Counted from the stretch's first letter, positions 16,644-24,153 are shown. The stretch is 32,000 bases of DNA from Oscillospiraceae bacterium (GCA_902778665.1 CACYYN010000022.1:14614-46613), one strand, 5' to 3'. Numbers and translations are program-made. The notes: generated from the sequence alone by a model not told the origin.

Positions 16644-16787
16644 GTTTCCGGTTCACCTCCCGCTTAATTCTCACCAATTCCTTGTTATTTTTATTATCAG
16701 CGCTTAAATCATTCATATTCCAAAAATCTCACGCGCACGCGATCGGTTTTTCCTGACTCCCCGCATCGGTCCCCGGAAGCCTCTCTC

Positions 16788-17117
16788 TCAGGCGGAACCG
16801 GGGGGAGCATCTGCCCTCACCGTCACTCGTCCGAATTGGTCCACCTCGTACCGCTGTGGATTCTCATTGCCATCGTGGCGGTGCGCTTCGGCATGACACT
16901 CACGACACACGAGCTGCAGGTTGTTCCAATCAAGAATTACATTCAGATCATTAATGTTCTTAGGGCTGATGTGGATTTTGTGGTGGACGATCTCCCCGGG
17001 AACTATCCTCCCTCTTGCAAGGCAGACCTCACACAATCCACCTTTGCTCTTTGCGTACGCAGCCCGGCATTGTTTCCATGCCACGGACTTATAAAACTTC
17101 TCGGCATATTCTTTCAT
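16788..17117 (-). CDS. HNH endonuclease (terminase-associated), 109 aa
   Basis: The sequence CEVCLARGRIVPGEIVHHKIHISPKNI...NLQLVCRECHAEAH supports the call. The start is set at MKEYAEKFY. There is no obvious SD at either candidate start. Confidence 0.85.
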   Translation of the reverse strand: MKEYAEKFYKSVAWKQCRAAYAKSKGGLCEVCLARGRIVPGEIVHHKIHISPKNINDLNVILDWNNLQLVCRECHAEAHRHDGNENPQRYEVDQFGRVTVRADAPPGSA

Positions 17118-17130
17118 GGCAATAATAAAA

Positions 17131-17141
17131 GGGCATTGGGT
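17131..17141. repeat. Arm of an 11-bp perfect inverted repeat in the late-operon leader (gggcattgggt)
   Basis: Its reverse complement occurs at 17228-17238. Confidence 0.6.
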
Positions 17142-17227
17142 GAGAAACCAACATGAGGCAAAAAACATATCTAAAAAGGAGGTTTGTTAATACCAACGAA
17201 AAATTCCTTGCAGTACCGTGCTATATA

Positions 17228-17238
17228 ACCCAATGCCC
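17228..17238. repeat. Partner arm (acccaatgccc) of the late-leader inverted repeat
   Basis: It is the perfect reverse complement of 17131-17141. Confidence 0.6.
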
Positions 17239-17255
17239 AGCACGGCAGAAATTCA

Positions 17256-17287
17256 AAAGCACAGGGTCTGACCACATCCTGTGCTTT
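17256..17287 (-). terminator. Rho-independent terminator separating the early/middle region from the late operon
   Basis: It has a 10-bp stem (aaagcacagg / cctgtgcttt) with a 12-nt loop. On the minus strand it runs into UUUUGAAUUUCU. An A/T run on the other side could allow bidirectional use. Confidence 0.65.
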
Positions 17288-17319
17288 CAAAAAAATTTTA
17301 TTTTTTCTGCATTTAATGC

Positions 17320-17348
17320 TTAACATACTCGTATGAGTATGTTATAAT
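17320..17348 (+). promoter_or_regulatory. SigmaA-type promoter candidate, TTAACA-17-TATAAT, overlapped by a 10-bp-arm palindrome (17321-17344)
   Basis: The hexamers and the palindrome taacatactc-gtat-gagtatgtta were read directly from the sequence. Confidence 0.45.
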
Positions 17349-17567
17349 AAGACCATCCTAAAGAAAGGAGGTACAGTCCGACGGGCAAACATGAAAGAAA
17401 GCCCAAGAGAGATAATCTCGACAGAATAGCAAAGATCGTTTCAATACTGGCCGGCATTGCACAGATCTTTAAAATCCTAAGAGATATCCTCAAGGGCTGA
17501 CAGGAAGGGAGAGCGAAAGCTCTCCCGACTTTCAAAAACATTATACAGCCCATCGGAGAAAAGAGCA

Positions 17568-17729
17568 ATGAAAATTTTCACTTTAATCGTTTTCATCGCA
17601 TCAATCATAAGCAACATCATCAATGGTATCCGACACGGATTCGATGCTTTTGATATTGTTGTCACCGGCCTCAACGTCATTGCACTCGGATTGAATGCCG
17701 CCGTATTGATCAGAGACAGGAGAAAGTAA
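17568..17729 (+). CDS. Small two-TM membrane protein, 53 aa (below the ORF-track cutoff)
   Basis: My translation is MKIFTLIVFIASIISNIINGIRHGFDAFDIVVTGLNVIALGLNAAVLIRDRRK. A GGAG lies upstream. The stop is 1 nt before the next ATG. Confidence 0.5.
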   Translation: MKIFTLIVFIASIISNIINGIRHGFDAFDIVVTGLNVIALGLNAAVLIRDRRK

Positions 17730-17730
17730 C

Positions 17731-17913
17731 ATGAGCAAAACATCTACAGCTGTCAAGCGCAAGTACAACGAGAAGACTTATTCCCGCTTCTATGCCGATA
17801 TCAAGAAAGAAGACTTTGAAGCCATCGAACAGGCACGCGGTGAAATGAGCCGGGCACAGTTCCTGCTGATGCTCTTCCGTGAATATCAGAAGCAAACAGA
17901 AACAGAGGGTTGA
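17731..17913 (+). CDS. Arc/CopG-like ribbon-helix-helix protein, 60 aa
   Basis: AGGAGAAAG lies upstream of the ATG. AVKRKYNEKTYSRFYADIKKEDFEAIEQARGEMSRAQFLLMLFREY fits the Arc-family pattern common in Firmicutes mobile elements. Confidence 0.6.
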   Translation: MSKTSTAVKRKYNEKTYSRFYADIKKEDFEAIEQARGEMSRAQFLLMLFREYQKQTETEG

Positions 17914-17932
17914 CGCCCTCTGTTTTTGTTTT
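17901..17932 (+). terminator. Rho-independent terminator of the small plus-strand operon
   Basis: The stem is aacagaggg / ccctctgtt, with the stop codon in the loop, followed by tttgtttt. Confidence 0.75.
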
Positions 17933-17989
17933 GCCATCCTTGATGATGATAGCAGAATAACACAGCCAGAAGGCTTTTTTAATGCAACT

Positions 17990-18391
17990 TTATGTGAGGC
18001 CGAGATAATCGGCCACCAGATACACGAAAGACCTGTTCCAGCGGAGCGCTGTGCAGTAATCCACATGCAGCACATGCGCAGCGCCCTGCATGTTATGGGT
18101 CTTCTTGAAGTATGTCATCTCAATCAGCCTGCAGTGCAGCTCTCCGTCCGGCATGCGTCTTGTCTTCCGGAGCGCCCTCTCCACGGCATCAAAACGCTCC
18201 TGATCACGCGGCGGCAGCTGGCGGATGGCAATAGCTTCCGTCTTTCGCTGTGTCTTTCCTCCGCCGCCTGTCTTGCTGTATCCCGGTGTGATCTGCTGGC
18301 TTCTGAGTTGCCGGAGCTCGGCTTTATACTGCGGATACTTCCGGATCACATTCTTCACATATCCCCACCAGGGCTCTCTCGGTTTGCTCAT
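17990..18391 (-). CDS. RinA/ArpU-like late transcriptional activator, 133 aa
   Basis: The C-terminal sequence LIEMTYFKKTHNMQGAAHVLHVDYCTALRWNRSFVYLVADYLGL is sigma-region-4/HTH-like. It is the last gene before the late operon. Confidence 0.6.
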   Translation of the reverse strand: MSKPREPWWGYVKNVIRKYPQYKAELRQLRSQQITPGYSKTGGGGKTQRKTEAIAIRQLPPRDQERFDAVERALRKTRRMPDGELHCRLIEMTYFKKTHNMQGAAHVLHVDYCTALRWNRSFVYLVADYLGLT

Positions 18392-19185
18392 GTCTTCTTC
18401 CTCCCCGGTTTCTTAGGCAGGACAACCTGCCCGCCTCTGACCGCAGGCCGTTCTTTCAGCTTGCAGCGCATGTACTTGCTGATCAGCACGCCGTCCTCAT
18501 CACGGCACTCCTCCACGTCCATAATGGTGCTTCCGTAATCCGGCTGCATGTCCTCCATGTCCATCACCTCCACGGGCTCGGTGTAGATCGGTCTGTCCAT
18601 GCCCCGGCAGCAACTCCACTTGTTCTCCCCTGCAGGCCTGTCATGCACGTTTTCCATCATGTAGGCTGCCATATCGGAGTGATCGATGCGACCGTCGATG
18701 CCTTCCATCTTGAAGGTCCCCGGGCCTCCGAAGTTCTCCCAGATTGATCTGGCAAGTTCCAGCGCATCAGCCGGTAAAATCATGTGATGATGCAGACGGG
18801 CAGGCGCATTCTTGTGCGGGCTCCAGTTTGCCGTCACCCAGATCGCTTTCAGACTCTTTTCTGTGTGGCTTTTATACGCCTTCCGAAGTTTTGATTGGAA
18901 CAGCTTCAGCATCTCTTTTGCCTGCTCATAATCGAAGTCTGCCGGATAATGACCGCTGTCGTAGGCAAGGGTGCAGAACATGTCGCCGGCATCGAAGTTA
19001 CAGTTGATCACCCGGGCGAGATTTCTTTCACTGCTCTTTTCGTTTGCCCGGATCTTTTTCTCACTGGAAGTGCCGGCTCTTCTGGCCCCCCTGGGTTTTG
19101 TATAATCGTTATTCATGGGAAACCATGACCGCTTTGTTTCCACAACGCGGCCGGATATGATTTTGTACTCCATGAGCTTCCTCAT
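18388..19185 (-). CDS. Putative HUH-type rolling-circle replication initiator (Rep-like), 265 aa
   Basis: It has ordered motifs: FCTLAYD (motif-1-like), RLHHHMIL (HUH-like) and MAAYMMENV (a Tyr candidate). The RBS is GAAGGAGGGAG. The family assignment is tentative. Confidence 0.45.
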   Translation of the reverse strand: MRKLMEYKIISGRVVETKRSWFPMNNDYTKPRGARRAGTSSEKKIRANEKSSERNLARVINCNFDAGDMFCTLAYDSGHYPADFDYEQAKEMLKLFQSKLRKAYKSHTEKSLKAIWVTANWSPHKNAPARLHHHMILPADALELARSIWENFGGPGTFKMEGIDGRIDHSDMAAYMMENVHDRPAGENKWSCCRGMDRPIYTEPVEVMDMEDMQPDYGSTIMDVEECRDEDGVLISKYMRCKLKERPAVRGGQVVLPKKPGRKKT

Positions 19186-19232
19186 ACTCCCTCCTTCAGT
19201 CTGATTCTAATGTTAGCCGCTAAAAGGTCTTC

Positions 19233-19260
19233 ATAGATACGCGTGCGCGCGCGTATCTAT
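19233..19260. repeat. 28-bp inverted repeat atagatacgcg-tgcgcg-cgcgtatctat with an alternating CG core, 48 bp upstream of the Rep-like gene
   Basis: Read directly from the sequence. The arms are 11 bp and perfect. Confidence 0.7.
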
Positions 19261-19295
19261 ATAAAGAAGATCTTTCAGTTTTCAAGGTTCACTTG

Positions 19296-19344
19296 AGGCC
19301 CTCAGACAGCAGCACCAGATTTCTGATGCCGTTACCTCAAAGTC
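19296..19344 (+). repeat. Left copy of the 49-bp direct repeat flanking the NYN cassette
   Basis: It matches 20276-20324 at 47/49 positions. The offset is exactly 980 bp. Confidence 0.9.
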
Positions 19345-19381
19345 CCATGAGTATTGTTAATGGAAAATTCTTATACACTAC

Positions 19382-19411
19382 TTGACGCGATGAAGAAATC
19401 TATGATATATT
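19382..19411 (+). promoter_or_regulatory. SigmaA-type promoter, TTGACG-18-TATATT, with a TGa extended -10
   Basis: The hexamers were read directly. It lies ~145 nt upstream of the NYN ATG. Confidence 0.6.
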
Positions 19412-19557
19412 TTGTCTGCAGGTAGAAATACACTGCATACTCGCTTTTGCGAGGGGCTATTAAAGCCTTTATTGCTAAACAGGCTCTTGGTAGTAAGCGC
19501 TCCACCATAAGGAGATTGCTGAATCCTCGGGCCTTATTTGTTAGAAAGGGGTTTTCA

Positions 19558-20229
19558 ATGATACGCACAGCAATTCTTGTTGATGGTGGGTTCTATAGGA
19601 AACGGGCTAAAAACTTATGGGGCGAATTAACTGCTGAAGCAAGAGCAAAAGAACTTGTTGCATATTGTCAAGCCCATATTCACAGTAGTTCAAAAGATGA
19701 ATCAATCCGTCTATACCGCGTGTTCTATTATGACTGTGAGCCTATAGGACGCCGGAGTGTTTACCATCCTCTTCGCCAGGAAAACGTTGACCTCGATAAA
19801 TCTGAAACGTACACCTGGTCAACTGCGTTTCTGGAAGAACTGAAAAAAAAGAGAAAATTCGCTCTTCGGCTTGGGCATTTATCAGACCAAATGAACTATA
19901 ATTTAAAGCCTGAAGTAACTAAAGCTCTTCTATCTGGGAAAAGAAGTATCGAAAGTCTCACAGATAAGGATTTCGTATTTAATATTCAGCAAAAAGGCGT
20001 GGATATGAAAATAGGTGTTGACATTGCCTCTCTTGCCTATAAAAAGCAGGTTGATCAGATTATTTTAATAGCCGGAGACAGTGATTTTGTCCCTGCTGCA
20101 AAACTTGCCCGCCGTGAAGGAATCGACTTTATCTTAGATCCAATGGGTGTTATGATAAGAGATGATTTATTTGAACACATTGATGGTCTGAAATCCCATT
20201 GGCGAAATCAGTCTAAGGTTTCTGAATAA
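19558..20229 (+). CDS. NYN-domain (LabA/PIN-like) predicted ribonuclease, 223 aa
   Basis: The start is set at MIRTAILVDGGFY, preceded by GAAAGGGG. KGVDMKIGVDIASLAYKKQVDQIILIAGDSDFVPAAKLARREGIDF is the classic C-terminal NYN motif with its acidic residues. Confidence 0.8.
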   Translation: MIRTAILVDGGFYRKRAKNLWGELTAEARAKELVAYCQAHIHSSSKDESIRLYRVFYYDCEPIGRRSVYHPLRQENVDLDKSETYTWSTAFLEELKKKRKFALRLGHLSDQMNYNLKPEVTKALLSGKRSIESLTDKDFVFNIQQKGVDMKIGVDIASLAYKKQVDQIILIAGDSDFVPAAKLARREGIDFILDPMGVMIRDDLFEHIDGLKSHWRNQSKVSE

Positions 20230-20246
20230 TTGACTATTTCCCCATG

Positions 20247-20269
20247 CCGCCCGCCAGGGCGGTTTTTTT
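20247..20269 (+). terminator. Rho-independent terminator of the NYN cassette
   Basis: The hairpin is ccgccc-gcca-gggcgg, followed by T7. Confidence 0.85.
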
Positions 20270-20275
20270 GTCCAA

Positions 20276-20324
20276 AGGCTCTCAGACAGCAGCACCAGAT
20301 TTCTGATGCCGTTGCCTCAAAGTC
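20276..20324 (+). repeat. Right copy of the 49-bp direct repeat flanking the NYN cassette
   Basis: It matches 19296-19344 at 47/49 positions. Confidence 0.9.
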
Positions 20325-20333
20325 TCTTTATGA

Positions 20334-20852
20334 TCAGTGCATTGCGTTGCATGTCAGTACCATCCAGGCCTGCAGATCATCCGTTGCGCTTATCGGAGCA
20401 AACAGGGCCGTCACAAACATGCCTTCTTTTGCAATGATCTTACTTTCTCCTGTCTCCGGCATGGTCCTCATAAACAGCTGCATCTGGTCAGAATAGATGG
20501 GCTGCAGATATCGCTCCGGCAATACAAAGCACTTCCCGCTCACATGAAGGATGGAGAATATTGTGCCGTTGAACAGTATGCCGTTATCGTCGATCACGAT
20601 CGGGATATCTGTCCGATCATCCGGAGACAGATCCCACGACTTCGGGAGTGTTTCCTCTTGTGTGAACCAGCTCTCTTTCTTCTCAGGCTTTACACCGAAT
20701 GTAAAGAGCAGTGAATCAACAGAAAACGACGGCAGCCCGCTCAGCTCATAACAGGAAAAATCATCCCCTGCCCATTGCGGACCTTTGTTACTTGAATACA
20801 GCACCAGCATCTTTCGCTTGGCCAACACAGAACTAAGCTTTTTGAAATTCAT
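20334..20852 (-). CDS. Hypothetical phage protein, 172 aa
   Basis: The start is moved to MNFKKLSS, which has a GGAGAG RBS. I recognised no motif. Confidence 0.55.
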   Translation of the reverse strand: MNFKKLSSVLAKRKMLVLYSSNKGPQWAGDDFSCYELSGLPSFSVDSLLFTFGVKPEKKESWFTQEETLPKSWDLSPDDRTDIPIVIDDNGILFNGTIFSILHVSGKCFVLPERYLQPIYSDQMQLFMRTMPETGESKIIAKEGMFVTALFAPISATDDLQAWMVLTCNAMH

Positions 20853-21068
20853 GTCTTTCTCTCCATAAAATGGCACCGGTGGGCCCGGCCGGTGCCATCC
20901 GCTAAACCGGCAGGATTGATGAGCATATTTTGAACCATTTTCGCATGCGAAATTAACCGTTTTCAGATGCAAAGGAGATCAGTTTCACACACGACGCAAA
21001 CAAGCTTTTATGGAGATCCTCCTCTTTTCAGTATAATTTAAATTTCCTGCCGGATGCTTACACATGTT

Positions 21069-22034
21069 TTACGTCTCCACCTTTTTGCGGAAAGCATCAA
21101 CTACTGCCATGATGGCCTTGGAGAGCTTTCCTGCTGTCTCCTGATCAGTATTCCGAATTCTAAGCAGGAGCCCGTGGAGGCGGTTCTGGTCCTCCTGCAG
21201 CTGCGTGAAATAGACCTCGAAGGTTGTTATATCCGGTGAAGCTTTCGCAAGCTGCTTCCGGAGGTCCTCGGCTTTCTGCTCGGCAGCGGCTCTGCCCGCT
21301 TCCGCTGCGGCAATTTCCGCCTGTGCCTCGGCATGGGCTTCTTCCCGGATCTCTCTTCTTTTCTCCTCCGATATCACGGGATTCGCTTTCGCATCCGCCA
21401 GGGCTGCACGGGCATCCTGCAGCTTCTTCTCGGCATCTTCTCTTGCCGATTCGGCCTTTTTCGCTTTGTCAACGGCCTTTGCCGCCTCTGTCTGCAGATT
21501 TGTGACCTGCTGGGCCTTCATGTTGAGGTCCCGGTTTGAATCTCTCAACATTTTATTGTCTTCTTCAAGCTTCTTCTGTGCTGAGACGGCAGCATCCCGC
21601 TCCTCGATCGCTTTTTTCAGTTCCCGGACGGACATGCTCTCCACATCGTGCTCTTTCACGAATTCTTCCCGCTCATTTTCCGGCACGGAAAGAAGGGCAA
21701 AAGCCTGAGAAATCCCCAAATTCCGAAACGTTTCGGAATTTAGATCACCGAAAAGGCTCTCCTGATTTGCCCCGTAGGCGTCATAAATCTTCATCATCAT
21801 GGTGGCTTTGTCCTGAGAGAATGGCAGATTCTCCTTGATCCAGTTTCCCCATTCCCCGTGGTCCACCAGTTGCTTTGCCTCGGTGAGCTTTCTCCCCAGC
21901 TGGATGGCATAGGAAAGCTCAGACCGGAGAGCTGTCTGGTAAAGCGTGTTGATCTCTGTCTTGATAATATTGATGTCCCGGAATTCGCCTTCCCGGACGG
22001 CTGTGGTTCTGCTGATGGTCAGTTCGTCGCTCAT
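21069..22034 (-). CDS. DUF3102-family protein with a C-terminal coiled coil, 321 aa
   Basis: The sequence IQLGRKLTEAKQLVDHGEWGNWIKENLPFSQDKATMMMKIYDAYG...SQAFALLSVPENEREEF supports the call. Confidence 0.75.
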   Translation of the reverse strand: MSDELTISRTTAVREGEFRDINIIKTEINTLYQTALRSELSYAIQLGRKLTEAKQLVDHGEWGNWIKENLPFSQDKATMMMKIYDAYGANQESLFGDLNSETFRNLGISQAFALLSVPENEREEFVKEHDVESMSVRELKKAIEERDAAVSAQKKLEEDNKMLRDSNRDLNMKAQQVTNLQTEAAKAVDKAKKAESAREDAEKKLQDARAALADAKANPVISEEKRREIREEAHAEAQAEIAAAEAGRAAAEQKAEDLRKQLAKASPDITTFEVYFTQLQEDQNRLHGLLLRIRNTDQETAGKLSKAIMAVVDAFRKKVET

Positions 22035-23794
22035 GCGGTTGTCCTCCTGTTATTTTTCAGCAGGTAGGGAGCCAGCACATCCGTCTCCCACGCCTGCACA
22101 AAGTCTGTTACTTCTTTCGGGATGCTCAGCCTCTTCCCGTGTGCGTACTCATTGCCGTATCCGTGCAGCTGGATCCGGTGCACTTTGCTGCCGTTCACAT
22201 CCTCGTTGAGTGTGAACCAGCTTCGCTCCGGCCTTCTGGCATGACGGACGAAGAAGATCATCTGCCCCCGGCAGTGCTGTGAGGCATAACCTCCCACGCA
22301 GTGATGCAGCACTGCACCTTCTCTGACCAGTTCCGCAGGACTTTCCGGAATGACAATGCAGTATTCCCCGTTTTTCCATTCCAGTGGAGCATACTTCTTC
22401 TTCATTTCCGCAAAGGTTCGGCACTCTTTCGATGTGCCGATCTTCTTTTGCTCTATTCTGATGGCCGTCAGCGCATCCGATACACGGTCATGAGCGTTCC
22501 GCAGGTCTCTCGGGAATTTCTCCTCCTGCGTCAGCTCTGTTTCCCGCTCCGTCATCTCGCAAAGGCTTCTGAGCATTCTTCTGTAGTCCAGATAATGGAC
22601 CGCATCGGTTTTCTGCTTCTCAATATAGCTGCAGATTCTCCCGAGGCCGTCTGAAAAGAATGGGGTGAAGCGGTCTATTCCGGTAGGATCAATCTGCTTC
22701 CCCCAGGCTGTGAATTCCGCCGCCGTCGTCTTCGGGAAGATCTTCCGATAGTCTTTGAATGCGCCAACCAGCTGAAGCGTCCAGGCATGAGATACGATGA
22801 AACGATAGTCTACCTTCCCGACGCCGAGGATCCGGTGCGGTTTTTTCTCTCTCAGGTCCATGCCAGCCATGTCCGTGCTGTAGCTGTATCTCATACGTGC
22901 CCGCACATAGTCTGACGCAATGGCAGCGCCCCCGGTTTTCACCAGCGCCTCGATGCTCCGGTTCTTTGACCAGATCTTCAGATAAGAGGAAGCGCACAGG
23001 GCATCCTTTGCTTTGAAATAGGTGTCGATCGCTGTTTTCTCTCCCGTGGTGCCGGTCATGTCCTCCACATTGCAGAACATATATGCGCCTGTTGATTTCA
23101 TGTAGAAACCGCCGCCCTCGCAGTACGGCATGGTTTCCGGATCATTCCACCGGCCGATTTTTCTCCATTTCCCATCTGTCCCGGTTCCGTACCGGATGAC
23201 TCTGCCGGAAGGGCTGACAGCCGTCGCACACCTTGCTGCTGCCGTCACAGAGCTATAGCCTGTCTTTTCCAGCCATCTGGTGGCCAGCCAGTAAAGGATG
23301 ACGGTGGTGGTTCCGATTTTCGTCAACTCGGCGATCTGGACCGTGAGGCTTCTTCCATTTATTCTGCTGCGCCTGATAAGCTCTCCCTCCGTGCCGCACA
23401 TCGGGCAGGTCATGGTTTCCCTTTTATTTCCGCTGACATCGAAGGACACGGTTTCAGGTTCTTCGCCGTCCGTCCATCCGTCCAGGAGAAGGCCGTCTTC
23501 CATCTGCAGCATCAGAATCTGTTTGTTCTTATATCCTGCTGTGAAGGTCTCCCCACAGGCAGTGCATCTGCAGGCTGCACCCCAGTGGTTTTTCTCTTCC
23601 ATCGCATAGCTGCCGAAGCTGTTCAGTATGCCCCAGTTGGCCGGGTCCGGCACGCTCTCCCGGGCCCAGATGATCAGGTGAGGTTTGATCTCCTCCAGCT
23701 TCTCCGCATATCTCCGGAGCTTATCATCCGGCTCATACGGGAGTGCTTCAAGCGTTGCCTGCTCCCACTCCCGCTCATCAATTCGTTTTCCCAT
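22031..23794 (-). CDS. PcfJ-like protein, 587 aa
   Basis: The C-terminal sequence LVREGAVLHHCVGGYASQHCRGQMIFFVRHARRPERSWFTLNE...RIQLHGYGNE supports the call. It also has an N-terminal CxxC...CPMC zinc-ribbon-like pairs. Confidence 0.75.
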   Translation of the reverse strand: MGKRIDEREWEQATLEALPYEPDDKLRRYAEKLEEIKPHLIIWARESVPDPANWGILNSFGSYAMEEKNHWGAACRCTACGETFTAGYKNKQILMLQMEDGLLLDGWTDGEEPETVSFDVSGNKRETMTCPMCGTEGELIRRSRINGRSLTVQIAELTKIGTTTVILYWLATRWLEKTGYSSVTAAARCATAVSPSGRVIRYGTGTDGKWRKIGRWNDPETMPYCEGGGFYMKSTGAYMFCNVEDMTGTTGEKTAIDTYFKAKDALCASSYLKIWSKNRSIEALVKTGGAAIASDYVRARMRYSYSTDMAGMDLREKKPHRILGVGKVDYRFIVSHAWTLQLVGAFKDYRKIFPKTTAAEFTAWGKQIDPTGIDRFTPFFSDGLGRICSYIEKQKTDAVHYLDYRRMLRSLCEMTERETELTQEEKFPRDLRNAHDRVSDALTAIRIEQKKIGTSKECRTFAEMKKKYAPLEWKNGEYCIVIPESPAELVREGAVLHHCVGGYASQHCRGQMIFFVRHARRPERSWFTLNEDVNGSKVHRIQLHGYGNEYAHGKRLSIPKEVTDFVQAWETDVLAPYLLKNNRRTTA

Positions 23795-24153
23795 CAGAGA
23801 AAGTCCTCCAGATTCAGGATATCCTCCTCTGTGGCTGGCACCGGCTCAGCTGCCGGCTCCGGCCTCTCCGTCTGATCCGGGAGACCGTAAAACTTCCGGA
23901 TGACCGTTTCCGCCTTCGCCGGCGTGATGCAGACGCAGTTACCTCTGCTTTTGCTGTGGATCTCGTCCGCATGCTTTCTCATGGCATCCGCACATTTAGT
24001 AAGGCTCATGTCCGGGTTCTGCAGATCCTCCTCAATAATTCCGGAGATCGCAGGCTCTGCTTTGATCATATCGATCAGCTGCATGCCGATCATCCAGGCG
24101 GGACTATTCTCCTTCCCGCTCTGCTGTCTTTTGATTTCCTCGATTGCTTTCAT
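23794..24153 (-). CDS. PcfK-like small protein, 119 aa
   Basis: The start is at MKAIEEIK, which has an AAAGGAAG RBS. It contains ...MSLTKCADAMRKHADEIHSKSRGNCVCITPAKAETVIRKFYGLP. It is adjacent to and translationally coupled with the PcfJ-like gene. Confidence 0.5.
   Translation of the reverse strand: MKAIEEIKRQQSGKENSPAWMIGMQLIDMIKAEPAISGIIEEDLQNPDMSLTKCADAMRKHADEIHSKSRGNCVCITPAKAETVIRKFYGLPDQTERPEPAAEPVPATEEDILNLEDFL

Noticed and set aside
16733-16742. The 10-mer cgcgcacgcg between TerS and HNH matches the reverse complement of the core of the 19233-19260 palindrome. This might be a second Rep site or a cos-related site.
   Set aside because: A single GC-only 10-mer match in 32 kb is within chance expectation, and there is no flanking similarity.
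19371-19568. A 65-aa minus-strand ORF lies in the NYN leader.
   Set aside because: It has no RBS and is antisense to a promoter-proximal leader. The composition is unremarkable and it overlaps the NYN start.
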